From: Podarcis cretensis
Taxonomy: Eukaryota
Length of the DNA: 64,000 nt
Assembly (NCBI GenBank): GCA_951804945.1
Contig: OX638158.1
Location: 32,798,001-32,862,000, forward strand
Reading direction: 5' to 3'
A program made the translations under genes and the position numbers. The notes under the pieces were generated by a model. It saw only the letters and a program-made list of their open reading frames with translations. It was not told where the DNA came from and did no database searches. Shown here in pieces: positions 42,061 to 55,899 of this stretch. Within the stretch, counting starts at the first letter, position 1, and every line of letters starts with the position of its first letter.

Positions 42061-42899
42061 TACACATTAGGCAAAGGCAAGACTAATTAGAAGTATTTAA
42101 GTCTTCCTAACTTTAACACTGCTCACCATATATAGCATTGCTATCACTCTTCTAGGCAATAACTCATGACACTTACTTCCAATAAGTGGCTACAACACCA
42201 GTTAGGTTTTACCAGAAGTGACAGCATACCCTCTAACGACCTCAGTTGACTCTTATGAAGAAAAAAGGTGGGTGGTGTGTTAGTAGGGAAAAGAGAGCGT
42301 GAAGCAATTACTGCTACAGAGCCATTAATAAATATTTCATGCAATTCAATTTGGCTCATATTAATGCACAACATCAGGAAATATTATTCCCAACTCATTT
42401 AAGATATTTAATGTTTTGAGTCCCTACCTAGATCTTTACGTTTGTTCAGAGTGACATGAGGTGGTCAATTCCATCAGTTTGCCTAAGAGATGAACTGAAA
42501 GAAAGCAAGGGACCAGCTGAACCGGAAAGGAGCTTACATCCTAAAAAAACACCATGAAGGTCATTTTTATTTTTTTTATTCATTCATACTTCAATTTTTT
42601 GGAAGTCCTGCCTAGTCTACTCTTTTTTTAAAACAAACGCGCGTGCACGCACGCACACACTGTATAAGAGAGAAGCCACAGTGGGCCTAACTGAATCTCC
42701 TTCGGTTTGCTTCACACTGACTGAGGGAAGAAGCCAAGATGCCTTCTCTACGATTCCTTCGACTTGGAAAAAGCATCGTCCCACCAGGGGATTGAAATCC
42801 CAGCAGGTATTCAAAAGGGAGCCATTCCGCCTGCCCCGCTTTAACCACCTTCCCTCCCTCCACATTACACTTCCCCTCCGACACCCCTCTCCTTTTTTC

Positions 42900-43780
42900 A
42901 GATGCAATGTACGCAAGAAGGCAGGGAGGGAAGTGCGGGGCAGAAGGAGCAAAGGTAGATCGCAGGATTTCCTGAGGATCTCCCCAACTCCGACCCCCCC
43001 CGCGGGCATTCCTCCTCCAGGCATCCATGGCAAGAGCCCGGCTGGGGGAGGGGCGCGGATGCTGCGGCCCGCGGGCCGCCCGGGCACCCGTCTCCCCGTC
43101 TCCTTCTCCCGCCCCGCCTCAGCCGCGCGCCCCGCCCCTTCCACCGAGGCCCGCGACAGGGCTTCGCACGCACCGAAGCCGTTACCTCAGCGTCGCTGTC
43201 CTCCCCCGCCCCCCCTAAGGGGGGGGGGAGCGCGGAGCGGGCGGCGCTTCTCAGCGGCGCGTGGGGCGGCGGGGATCCGCGTCGAGCCGGGGGCGGCTCC
43301 GCGGTGGTGGTGCCGAGGTTTCTCTCTCCATTCTCCCCTCACACACACACACACAGGAAATAACACAGGATCAGCTGACAGGACCCGGCCAATGAGGCGG
43401 CGGCGGGGCAGCGCGCGCAAAAGGGAGGAGCGCGAGACGGCGGCGGCGCAGGGCGGGAGGGCGGCGCATTGCGCGTGCTCGAACCCGCCCTCCGAGGCGC
43501 AGAGGGGAGCTGGGCAAGCGCCTTCTTCAACCACGCGCTCGTTTAAAGAGGCAGCGCCCGGGCGGAACAGAACTCTGTGCCTCTCTCGCCTAGGGACGAA
43601 AGCGGGCACCGGCTTAAGCCAGTAGTAGCCTAATGCACACCTTGAACATTAACTTCCGTGTGTCTTCCAAGTAAACACAGTAGCCCAGCGCCTCCCTCCC
43701 CAAAAGGAGGGGGAATTACAGCAGCGCAGGCGACTCCTGCGTCTCCCCGATATTTAAGGCTGCCATCCCTCGCGCACACT
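42900..43780 (-). promoter_or_regulatory. CpG island, probable proximal TCF20 promoter with a non-coding first exon ending at 43186
   Basis: Very GC/CpG-rich, with GC-box-like motifs and CCAAT near 43389. Minus-strand donor GCTGAG|gtaacg at 43185, about 7.9 kb upstream of the coding exon. Confidence 0.75.
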
Positions 43781-43781
43781 T

Positions 43782-44145
43782 AAAGGTAAAGGTAAAGGTA
43801 CCCCTGCCCGTACGGGCCAGTCTTGACAGACTCTGGGGTTGTGCGCCCATCTCACTTAAGAGGCCAGGGGCCAGCGCTGTCCGGAGACACTTCCGGGTCA
43901 CGTGGCCAGCGTGACATCGCTGCTCTGGCGAGCCAGAGCCGCACACGGAAACGCCGTTTACCTTCCCGCTGGTAAGCGGTCCCTATTTATCTACTTGCAC
44001 CCAGAGGTGCTTTCGAACTGCTAGGTTGGCAGGCGCTGGGACCGAGCAGCGGGAGCGCACCCCGCCGCAGGGATTCGAACCACCGACCTTTCGATCGGCA
44101 AGCCCTAGGCGCTGAGGCTTTAACCTTTAGCGCCACCTGAGTCCC
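43782..44145 (-). mobile_element. Young Sauria SINE, near-identical to 41696-42060
   Basis: About 10 differences by eye over ~360 bp; (aaaggt)n tail. Confidence 0.92.
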
Positions 44146-46575
44146 TTACGCGGTGGCGCACTTACGCGGGAGCAAAACCCCGTGAACAAACTAGGGCTGA
44201 CTCCAGAGTAAATACGGAGAGGATCTGGCTGCAGTTGTGCAAGAAGCAGCAATTGGTAACATTTTCTATCTCGCGCTTCAGCCGGAAATGCTGCTACCAC
44301 AGTTTCCAGCCCCTATTGCTTCCCTTTCACGATATTCTCTCTCCTTCCCACCCCCCACTGGCCCGCCAAGGGATGCGGGGTTGTGAGCAGAATCATAACG
44401 GGTTCAGTCAGAGGCAACGGTTTGAGTTGTCCAGATCACGGCTGGCACCAAAGGGTGGCGAGGTCTGACCCGCCATCCCAACCCATTCATGGTTCTCCTA
44501 TAGGTGGCACTCAAGAAAATTAGAATTTGGAGGCAGCCCAAAAGAGTTCTTCCTGCCTTTTCCAGGTGAAGGGGGGCACTGCCTAGAACCCACTCTGTTT
44601 AAATTTATCGTCCCCTGTCTCTCACCAGCTGCTGCTGAAACACGAATGTTTACTCATTTTTTAAAAAAGCATTAAAATGCCTAAGCAAACAGAGGCCCTT
44701 ACCAATAATATCAGGTTCCTAGCTGCATAGCAGTGGCAAGATCCCAGGGCAATGTGTCTCCTATTAAAACAACACAGATAAGCAACACCCTGCTATGAAG
44801 CCATAAAAAAGGTAAGACAAATCCTCAATGCAGGCTCATTATTAATCCAGCTTTTCAACCTCCCCACTGGATACCACATACTTGATCTACTTAACCAAGT
44901 CCCTGCCATTCACTGATTCCCACCCCCACCCCCTTACTCCCAGGCAGTGAAGAAATTAATTCTGCAAGCAGATCGTTTTTCTGCTAGAAAAAGGGCTACT
45001 TTAAACCAAACTCTTCAGTCCTGCGCTACAGCAGAGTACTATAGCAAGTACTGTAATGGAAGCTCCTTGGACCATAAACCACCCATTTTTCTCCCACCCC
45101 ATGAATCTATTCAAAATTTGTCATTATGCTGCTTCCACAGTAGGCATATACCGCGGCATCACAAACCAACCACTTTTTTTTTTTTTTTTTTGCTTTCCTG
45201 TACACTTTTCTTTTTGCCAAAGCTCAGAAAATCCATGTTTTTAAACTCTATGAAATAGCTGTGTTATTGCCTACCACATTGCTATTGTGGCTGGTTATGG
45301 CCTGTATATAGTGCCCTAAAACAGGTTTTCAACCTTTTTGAGCCCACAGTTCCCTTGACCAACTACATTTTTTCTGTGCCACCCCTGTGGGGCTCAGGAG
45401 CCCAGTTATGGCACCCCTTGCCTGCAGAGCTGGCAGCCTCTCGCCCTTTTTTGAACACCCTCCCTTGTGGAGTGTTCCCTTAGCCTCCTCTCTGCTCCCC
45501 TCTCTTTGGGGGTCCTCTGGGCAGCCATAGCTGCCACCCTGGTCTCCAAAAGAGCCAATCCAGAGACATGACTTCAAGCTTACCTACTTTCAAGAATGCA
45601 TTTAGGGAGCTTTTTTTGAGGTGAGTAAACACACATCTTACAGTACTTCATACCATAGATAATACAATATATCTCATTATCCAGGCTCCTGTCCAGCTCA
45701 CAATGACAGAGGCTCTTACTTGAGACTAAGGTGGAATCTACACACATATAAAAACCGTTCCGAAAATGATTTTTTAATAAAACGTTTTTAAAAATACATG
45801 GAATTTTCCATAAGGCTCACTATCACCATCTTGTGTCACACTGTATATTGCACTTAAAAAGTTTTATTTGCAGTTGTATAGCTGAGTCCTAAGGAATAAA
45901 TCTCTAAGGCAGAAAAGAGATTCAGGCTCGGCAACAGGTAATGAGTCCTAGCAGCTGCTGCGCACAGACTAGATGACAGGAAAGGTGAAGCCAGCCAGCC
46001 TAGAAGCAGTGGTCCATGTTTAAGGAGTCCCAAGACCAAGGCAATGAGCTGAGAACCACATGGAAGAACTGGAGGCGCCCCCCCCCCATACTTTTAAAGA
46101 TGGGGCAAGGAGAGCTCATTCCACAGACTCTTGTGATCTGCAAGCCAGTGGGGGGCAGGAGAATAGTTTCATCACCAGGTCCTGGGAGACCAGGTTGTGC
46201 CTCCCTTTCAGCCTCCAGTTCTTCCCCGCACCCCAGCTGGCTCCTGCACTCCACCTTGGATTCAATTACTGCACTCTTTTCCTCAGGAAGAAAGAGGGGA
46301 GATGAGAGCCCTGCAAGGGCAGTCATATCCTGAGAGGTAGAAGTAGATGCTGCCTCCAGCCTCTGTTCCCCAGTCCCATGTCATTTTCCTGTTCACGCTC
46401 CTAGGTCTCTGCCGCCCACTCCACTGCTGAGCCCAACAATGCCTTGGGACTCACGGAACTCAAGATAAATTACTACATGAGCAATAGTAAATTCAACTTT
46501 AGGAAACTGCACAAATTCTCCTGGTAAGACAACACACTTTTGCAGTGATTAACACTTTCTAGTACAGTACTAGTA

Positions 46576-46793
46576 CAGTGGTACCTCGGGTCAGGTTACA
46601 TATACTTCAGGTTACAGACTCCGCTAAACCAGAAATAGTACCTTTGCTTCAGGATGAGAACAGAAATCGTGCTCCGGCGGCACGGCGGCAGCAGGAGGCC
46701 CCATTAGCTAAAGTAGTACCTCAGGTTAAGAACAGTTTCAGGTTAAGAACGGACCTCCAGAACAAATTAAGTACTTAACCCGAGGCACCACTG
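46576..46793. mobile_element. Tigger-like MITE (family B)
   Basis: TA|cagtggtacctcggg...cccgaggcaccactg|TA; homologous to 51320 and 63417. Confidence 0.88.
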
Positions 46794-49700
46794 TACATTT
46801 CTTCAAGTCTAACATGATTTCAATACAGCAGTTCAGGAGTCATATCCAGTTTGCGGAAGGCCCAACAGTGAAGCACAGCATATATAGATGGTTATCTATA
46901 GATGTTTTGCAGAGTCACTTGAACAGGTTCCACCCTCATGAGCTTACTAACCACTGGATTCACTTAGGCTGCCTATACCAACCTACTACCTGGGAGTAAG
47001 CACCATTGAACTCAGGAGTTACCTCAAAGTAAGTATGTGTAAGACTGCACTGTTAAAAGCAGTAACCAAAAAGTAATGATTCAACCTATTCTTTGAAACT
47101 AGTTTGCTCCCATATCCACTAACCACCTTGTCCAATCTACTTAATTCAACATCAGTATGAGAATTCTATGTTACACCTTTGTTGCATAGGGTTGCAATTC
47201 CTACAAGTTGCTACAACATTGCCAATACACCCAAAATACTTTGCCTACAAACATAGATTTCATTTCAGTATTCACTTCTACAAATTATTGTCCATCAACT
47301 AGTGGAAAAATCTTTTTACCTTTCATTTACCAATTCATTCCCCTTGTAATAGTTGCAGCCCAGTCTTCTGTAGATTTACTCATGCCAAATTCAATTGGAC
47401 TTACTCTCACCCTGCATAGCAGTACAACTCCAGACTCCTCAAACAATTATGTTTAAGTGGTAGAGATGTCACATAATGTCAGCTTGAACAAAAGGAAAAT
47501 ATGCAGGAGGAGTTGAATGGAGAAGCATTCTCTTCTTCCAACAGATGCAAGAACAGTGAGAATTTTTTCACCCAAAATTTATAGCTTGTTGGCAAGGACT
47601 GTCCCCAGCACGGCAGAAGAGGCCAGAAAGTCAATAAATCTCCATTATCTGAATCATTAGAAGCATCCCTGGTTGGTAATATACAAAAATGCAACTGAGG
47701 GTATCCCATTTTTTCACCTTGTCTTTTTTTATAAAACAAAAGTACACAGAACAAGTTTTACAGCTTGACTTATGCACACGTGTTATTTTGCACAATTTAA
47801 AACAATGTTAACTACCCAAAGTATAAGTGATAATGGTTATTCTGAATACTATTTTAGTTTTAGGGTATCTCCATTTGGGAGGGAGCAGGGAGAGAATATC
47901 ATTTTAGAGAAGAAAAAAAACTTTAAGCTACCTTTTACTGATTTTCTATTAGAGCACTGATATGCTTAAATAACTACCTAAAAGGAAATTAACAACAGAA
48001 CCTCTGTCATTATTCCTGGTAGGATGGATTCCAGAAGGCTAAGTTGCCTTCTGTAATTCATGTGACTGAATGCCTGGCTTATGACACGCAGTTTCATCAA
48101 ATCCTAGAACATCACCAAATCGCGGAATCCAGAGAATTTAAATTCACCTTGCAAATAACTTAGCCTTAATATATACAGTATTACTCCAATAAACCTTGCA
48201 CCCTACTTTTAGAACATGCTACATAATAAGCTTCTAAATTTCAGATTTATGCCATTTTTACAGAATGGTAACCCCTTCTTTTAAGAGCTATTCTTCTTTA
48301 GAGACTCATAGCAGCTGAGCAGTGAGTATCTTAGATCATGCCAGAACTGAACATCACAAATGCAATATCCAAATGACCCATATTTGAAGGACAAGATCAT
48401 CCTCAGCTATACTAAATAGTTTTGTACAAGCTATTTTGTACCCACAAAACACCTACAATAACTCGTTGAAGTTAACCTGATATTCATAATAAGGACAACC
48501 CTACTTAGAGTACTACTATATTCCCATGATAAATAAATGATAGATTATATTAATATAAAAGCTTATCACAGCTATGAAACAAAAGCAAAGTTAATATTTG
48601 TAAAAAAAAATGTTAGTAGAAGCTTAGCAAAAAAAGGAAAAAACCACAAATCCTGGTTTTAGACCAGAGACAGCCATGACAGTCCCAGCCCTTTAGATGC
48701 ACTGAAAGAACACTGGATGTTAGTCATTACTCCTTTTATAAGTAAGGAAGGTGGCTTGGTCCTGCAGCTCAAATGCTTTTATCTTCTTGATGAGGCATCA
48801 CACTCAGCTGGATCTCATATCATTCTTTCATTGCAATCTCTGTGAGTGAATGAAAACAGCTGGGGACCATCTTGGAGCAAGATTTAACTCTTTCATTTAA
48901 CCCAGAGTGCATACTGCGGGATAAAGATCAGCCTCATATAACCAGTAAGCTTAGCTCTAGTTGATGTGTGAAGGGGTTAAGACCATAGAGTAAGCTGTTC
49001 TGCCAGACCCAACTAGGCCATATCCCCTCACCTTGAGAGGAAGTGTTAACAAGGCCTTTGCTTACTTCCACCATGTGAATCCAATCAGAAAAAACATCTG
49101 GGCTGATTGTGCCAAGCCCAGAGCAAGCCAACCTTGTGTTTCTCTACAAATAATTTAGAAGCATGTACCAATTTTGAAATGAAGTATTGCTGCCTGTCGT
49201 TTCTTGCTACTTTATGGAAATGCACATGAATTTGATTTTTTAATGAGTTCATTAAGTAAACCATTTTTAACTTTGCAAGTGTGTGGCCTATTTCTATGCT
49301 AAAGGGGAAGTAAAGGGGAACTTTGGGAGAAACTTAGAAAAGGGTATTTCAAAGGTATAACAGCCTATATTTCCCTGCTTTACCTTACTGCACGTTTTGT
49401 GATTTTTAAATCTCTGCCGATGATGCTCTCTCACCAAGAGAGTATTTGCTCCAAACCTGGAACTCTGAACTCATATATTAGGGGTGGTTAACCCTTTTCA
49501 GCTCAAGGACTGAATGATCTCATGGGCAACCTTCTGGAGGCAGCAGGCTAGTGGTTGGTGGCGGCCAGAAGTAACAGCGGGTGGAGAAAGAGATGTGACT
49601 GTTCCCTTTGTACAGTTGGCGACATTCTAGCCAATCAAAAGTCCCGGGTTTCTGCACACTCACACACACACCATTCTCCACCAAGACAAGCAAGAGGCAT

Positions 49701-51319
49701 TACTGCAACCCTACCAAATAAAACAGCACTTGAAGCCTAGGGAGGAAGCATGTCCGGAGAGTCCCAAGAGCTGGACAGAGAAGTCACAGTTTGCTTCTAG
49801 GCCTCTGATTCCCCACCCCTGTCATATATCAAGGTATGTAGTTACATCAATTTGTCATCATGTCCACAGAATTTAAAACACTAAAATGGAAAATGGGTGG
49901 TGGGTAAAAAATGCCCTGAAGAAGGACATAATGCATCTTTCCAGAATCCTTGCAGAAGCTCTCCTTTAAGACTCTAGATACACTCATCCAGAATCTGAAC
50001 TCCACTGCTGTGACTGAGGCTATAAAAACAAGGCATCCCCCAGTGTCATGGGAGGGAGGGAATTTCCAAAAAAAACCCCACCCCATTACGAATGCTCAGA
50101 CACCCAAGGCCATGTGGTATCTCTTCCACATTAATCTGGAAAAAATAAACTGACCAAATAAACCTATTTTACTCCACAGGCGATAGGAGTGTCTCCCACA
50201 GACAAAACAGAATAAGGAATGTGGGTTGCACAAAGGGAGGATGCTGTTCATCACAACTCCCTAAAATGCAGATAAGCTCCCATGTTGCATTGCTGAAAGC
50301 AACAGAAAGCACAATCAGCTTTGCTGGCAAACACTATATACTGCACTCCAGTTATCAATACTGCCGCTAAACCCTCATGGCCCATTCTTCCAGACAAGTT
50401 TCGAGTAGAGATGAGCAGATTTCTCACTTCCCCTGTGTTATTGCTGTGCCAATCTGATATCCCTTGGGTTCTGCTTCGCTTGTCTTCCAGTAGGAATTCC
50501 AGATTTCGAAATGCCAGTAACAGATTATGCACATTCACCCTCTGCTATGATAAAGAAGGCTTCCTGTGGGAGTGCAATTGTAATTATGCAGAAAAGGAAA
50601 GTATTAAAATCCTATGTTTTTGAAACGGGATCCTGTAGGAATGCCATTTATTAATTTTAAAATGACCCTGGAATGGAAGCAGCAATTTCTTCCTGTGAGA
50701 TCGCCAACACTTGGGGGGGGGGGGTTTGACTGGTTTTCACATGTTTATCTCTTCATCCTATTGAACAATAGGAAGAACAAACTGTTGGCAGTTAAATGAA
50801 ATTAATAAATAAACAAAATGGCCCCATCATTCATCAGACACCTATCTGTTCCTGAGGCTCAAAATAATTCTGCTATATCAAACCAGAAAATCATCCAGAC
50901 CAGCTTTTGTTTCAATAGCAGCAAACCAGACACCTCTGGGAAGCCCGCAATCGAGACACGAGTGCAACAACACTCTCCTGTTCATGTTTCCCAGCAACGG
51001 GTATTCGGAGGCATAGCGTCTTGACATCGGAGGTAATACATAATAATTGGCAGAAGAAATGATGGTGGACAAGGCTGATGCCCTTTTAAAACCTTCCAGA
51101 TTCTTGTGGTAGTGAATTCCATAGCTCAACTATTCAAACAACTACTTTGGCTGTGTCCACACTGGGTCATTAAAGTGTGCATGGGCAGTGTTTCCACGAG
51201 CACTTCCAATGTTATGCTTTCAAAACCTTTATCAATGTCTTCCATCCACACTTGTGGGCAGCAGCTGATGGTACTTTTTGCCAGAAACATGAGAACAACT
51301 GTGGGCATATGCATGACTA

Positions 51320-51561
51320 CAGTGGTGCCTCGGGTTACATACGCTTCAGGTTACAGACGCTTCAGGTTACAGACTCCGCTAACCCAGAAATAGTACCTCA
51401 GGTTAAGAACTTTGCTTCAGGATGAGAAGAGAAATCATGCTTTGGTGGCGCGACGGCAGCGGGAGGCCCCATTAGCTAAAGTGGTGCTTCAGGTTAAGAA
51501 CAGTTTCAGGTTAAGAACAGACCTCCGGAATTAATTAAGTTCTTAACCCTAGGTACCACTG
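51320..51561. mobile_element. Tigger-like MITE (family B)
   Basis: TA|cagtggtgcctcgggtta...taaccctaggtaccactg|TA. Confidence 0.88.
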
Positions 51562-53581
51562 TATTTGTTTACCTGTGCACACTTCCCGTTTTAGTATTTT
51601 TAGTTTTGAAATACAATTTTTTGATCTACCAAATTTGCACAAAAGAGCAGTCAAGTTATTTACTTTTAGAAAATGTTTGTGTTGCTCCAAGCCAGGAAAC
51701 CTGAGGACCATTGTGGACATGCAGGCAGGTATTTGGTTACCTGTGCACACACATTTCTTTTTAAAAAAACACAAGTTTTTTGATCCACCAGATTTGCATA
51801 AAAGAACAGTTTTTAAAAAATTAAATATATATCTTGATGCCGGACAAGGATTTGGAATTGCTTGGATAAAATGTTGCCAATATAAAAACCCTGTTATTTT
51901 AATACAGCTGTTTTATTCAAGAGCAGTTCTGTGCAAAAGAGCTGCTTTAAAAATAAAAATACTGAGAACAATACTTTCAGCAACATTCACTGGAAAAAGG
52001 CAGGCAGCATCCCTTTCTTCAGGAAAAAAAGGAAGTAGAGGGGATGGCAATGGAAAGCACCCTGTGTAACATCACCAAATATGATTTTTTAATTATTATT
52101 TTTTTGAAAAATCAGCACCCACACACAGAATGCACTTCATTGTGTCTAGTCAGGTAACATGTAATTTTATTTTATATTTTCTTCCCTTATTGGATTAACC
52201 ACGGATCAGGAAAATCTGAGTTTAGCAGGGGGAAAGTGCGAGGTGCCACTTGGATGAGGATGTTGTGTGGTCACAAGCACCTTCAAATCCACATTAGACA
52301 AGTCCTTCCTTTTGTATATCCACCTGTAATACATCTTTCCTTACTCGCCTTTTTTTCTAAACTAAAAAGTGTTGTGACCTTTTCTGATAGGGGAGTTGCT
52401 CCAATCCAATTTTGGTTGCCCCTTTTCTGGCCTGTAGTTAGGAAGTTGGCTTTGTGGAGTGGCAGATCTGGGTTCTAATTCTGCTCCTCCTCCTTTGCAT
52501 CTAAAAACATTGTTACTGAAAGAACACCCAAAAGAAAACTTTGACTTGTATCTCCCTGTAGCTGGGCATGAACCAACACCACCTATGTGCTCTTTCCCAA
52601 TGAAAAAGTATTTTGTTCCTCTCATACAGACAAAAATACAACTGTGTTGAGAAGAGTGTTCCAGGGATAGCACATTATTCCCACAGCAGGGCTTGAGCAC
52701 TTCTCCTGGAAAACCCAAGAGGTCTTCGTGTATGCTTCCTCCAGACACTGGAACGTAGGAATCTATCTTCTACCAAATCAGACTATTGGTCTATCTAGCC
52801 AGTATTGTCTACACTGAAACATAGAGGGTCTGCAGGGTTTCAGAAATGGGACAGGAGTGCATGTCATTTTAAGGCATGAAACTTTCTTCAGTGAGGGTTG
52901 TTAAAAATGTTTTTTAATGTAAATAATTCAAATCTGCTATTATTTGTAACATTTAGCTTGGAAAATCTACATTTGATTAAAACACAAATAAACTGCCCTC
53001 GGAAAACCAAAGAAATTTAATTTTACCTTCTGAAAATGTCAGGTAATGCTTAATAATAATAATAATAATAATAAAATATAAATGCAAGTACTTGACAATC
53101 ATATTTAATGATTTCTATGCAATGTTACACATATTTTACTTACCTAGCAAAGCAAAATTATATTAATTAAATCAAAGTATGTTACAACTTTTTAGCACCC
53201 CTCATTTTTGGAATTTGAAAGTCCTCCTTGGAGATTGAACCTTGAAATTCCTGCATGCAAAGCAGACATTCTACCCAGTGCTATTTTTCTAGAAAAAGAG
53301 GTGCTGGAACTCACCACGAACACCTTCAGAATGGCAATGATTCCCACCTGAGAGGTACCAGAACTGATTTCCAGTGAGTTCTGGCTGAAAAAAGCCATGG
53401 TTCTACCCAAGCTATAGTCTTTCCACCAATGGGCTGAGTGTTGTAATTGTAAAAATAGTCTTGACTTCTTTCTCTAGCTCTGTTTACTTGGCAGAAAAGC
53501 ATTTCAGTCTCTGGTGTACTGAGGAATGTGCTATGAGCTTTTCCTGGGCACTTTTTTGTGTTGGGGCATGTGCATTACAAG

Positions 53582-54750
53582 TTCATAGAATCTTATGAGT
53601 TGGAAGAGACCCAAGCAAGGGTCATCTAGTCCAGCCCCCTGTAACGCAGGAATCTCAGCTAAAGCCTCCATGAGACGGCCATTCAACCTCTGCTTAAAAA
53701 CCTCTCCAAGGAAGGAGAGTCCACCACCTCTCATGGGAGTCTGTTCCACTGCTGACTGTCAGAAAGTTTTTCCGACTGTTTAGTCTAGGGTTACCAGACG
53801 TCCCCGTTTCCTGGGGACGGTCCCTGTATTTGCAAATAAGTCCCTGGATAAATTCCATCCCTGAAATGTCCCCAGATTTCCTCTAATGTCCCTGGGAAAC
53901 GCAGTAGCGACAGTCTCAGCAGCCCAGAGCAGTTGGCTCTGGCTGGCTTCAGGAGCTGCTCAGAAGTCCCCACATGATGGTGGTGAAGGGGCTCTAAGAT
54001 GCAGCTTCCGGGCTGCCTCCACCTTCCTTGACCCCAGCAACTAAGCTGTGAAGGGAGGCTTCACGCTGCCTATCAGAGTTTGTGCACGCAAGTAGGAATG
54101 GGATTGGGGCTGCTCCGATGGGAAGGGAGGCATTGTGCTGCCTGAGAGATCCCTGCCCCCTGCTGCTTGCACGCAAGTAGGAGTTGGGATGGGGCTGCTC
54201 CAAAGGCAGTGTGAAGCCTCCCTTCCCACCCTCCTGCTTGAATGCAAGTAGGAATGGGATTGGGGCTGCTCCAATGGGAAGGGAGGCATCACGCTGCCTG
54301 AGCCTCGCCATCGCCGCTCTCGGCCCTCCTTCTCTGCCTTCCATGCCTGACCCACCACTCACCGCTTCCCTACCACCACCACTGAAGAACCAGCAACTCA
54401 GGGGCTGCCCAGGCTCATAGAAAAAGAAGATAGAAGCCTTGGAGGAAGGGGAAACGTGGCGGCTGAGGTCAAGGCAGCGGCCCCTCTGCCACCGCCATCA
54501 CTGCAGCATCAACGTCACGAACATGTAGTATGTATGCATGTATGTATGTATGTATGTATGTATGTATTTATAGTGTCCCCGGATTCATTGAAAAAAAATT
54601 GGTAACCTTAATTTAGTTGGAATCTCCTTTCTTGTAACTTGAAGCCATTGCCTTGAGTCCTACCCTCAAGAGCAGGAGAAAAGCATGTTCCCTCTTCCAT
54701 GTGACAGCCCTTAAGATACTTGAAGATAGATATCATATCTCCTCTTCTCT
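53582..54750 (-). mobile_element. CR1 LINE 3' fragment split by the hAT element
   Basis: catagaatc...ttggaagagaccc...gtcatctagtcc terminus; CR1 sequence resumes after 54618. Confidence 0.75.
53786..54610. mobile_element. hAT (Blackjack-like TIR) non-autonomous element inserted in a CR1 fragment
   Basis: TIR tagggttacca and tggtaacctta; imperfect TSD gtttagtc/atttagtt; internal repeats. Confidence 0.7.
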
Positions 54751-54789
54751 AGACAGGTGATGACGTGAAGTCATTCAGTAGTAACTATA

Positions 54790-55020
54790 CAGTCGTACTT
54801 TGGAAGTCGAAAGGAATCTGTTCCGGAAGTCCATTTGACTTCCAAAACATTCAGAAATCAAAGCTGTGACTTTTGATTGGCTGCAGGAAGCTCCTGTAGC
54901 CAATCGGAAGCTGTGGGAGCCCCATCGGACATTCGGGTTCCAAAGAACATTCGCAAACTGGAACACACACTTCTGGGTTTGCGGCATTCAGGAGCCAAAA
55001 CGCCTGAGTACCAAGGTGTC
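54790..55020. mobile_element. Tigger-like MITE, right end degenerate
   Basis: TA|cagtcgtactttggaagtcgaa start; internal inverted ttgattggct...agccaatc. Confidence 0.6.
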
Positions 55021-55899
55021 TGGGATCGAAAGTATGAATGTACATTGATGCCTTTCCTGCATGGCAATTGTGACAGTGCCATCAGCCTGCCATCTCATGA
55101 TTGGCGAACAATAGAATCCATGGGGCATTGTAGAAGTGTCTGTTGGTGTTGTTATATCTGCAGCTATCTTCCGTAGTGCTTCTTTGTTCCTGCACATGCA
55201 GATGATCGCAACTACATGATTAGTATCCAAAGCTGTCCCCTTTAGTGATATAAGGCATCCTTGTCTCTAGTCCAAAATATGAGGACACATAGTGGGATGT
55301 AGGGTAGAGAGGGAAATCACGGAAAATCACCTCCCTTCCCTTTCCACTAATTGATGCCTTCAGTCAGCAGAGACAGCACTGAATATCATCTTGTGTCATT
55401 ATTAGCTCTGATATAGTTGCCACCAGTATTGTAGGAATATAGGCTCACCCTGTAATTCAGGCAACTTTTAGCTAACTGAAAATCAAACATCAAAGTGAAT
55501 TTGTGAGACTATAATCCCTGTGTCCTTTCAAGAAACATCAACTTGTTATTTTCACTTAAGTCACACAAGGAACGGTCCAAGCCACAGGTCCCTGCAGTTC
55601 ACCACAGAGTTTGAAGGGGTGTAGTAGGCAATCTTCTAGTCCAACTTTCTGCTCAGTGCAGGAAGTTCAGTGCTAGGACATTGCCAGCAGATGGTTGGTC
55701 AAGCTGCTGCTCTGTAAAAAGACCTCAAGCAATGGAGAGCCTAAGACCCCTCAAAGTAATAAATTCCACTGTCCAACTGATCTGTTTGCAAAGCAGGTTT
55801 CTTCTAGAGTGCAACCAATATCTGCCCTCTTGCAATTTATGCCCAATAAAATTGTTCACCCTTTATATATACCCAAAAAGTCACTGTGCTCTGCAAGAG

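Noticed and set aside
42617-43625. 314-aa, 175-aa and 140-aa ORFs
   Set aside because: Low-complexity R/P/A/G ORFs expected in a stop-poor CpG island; no recognisable domain.
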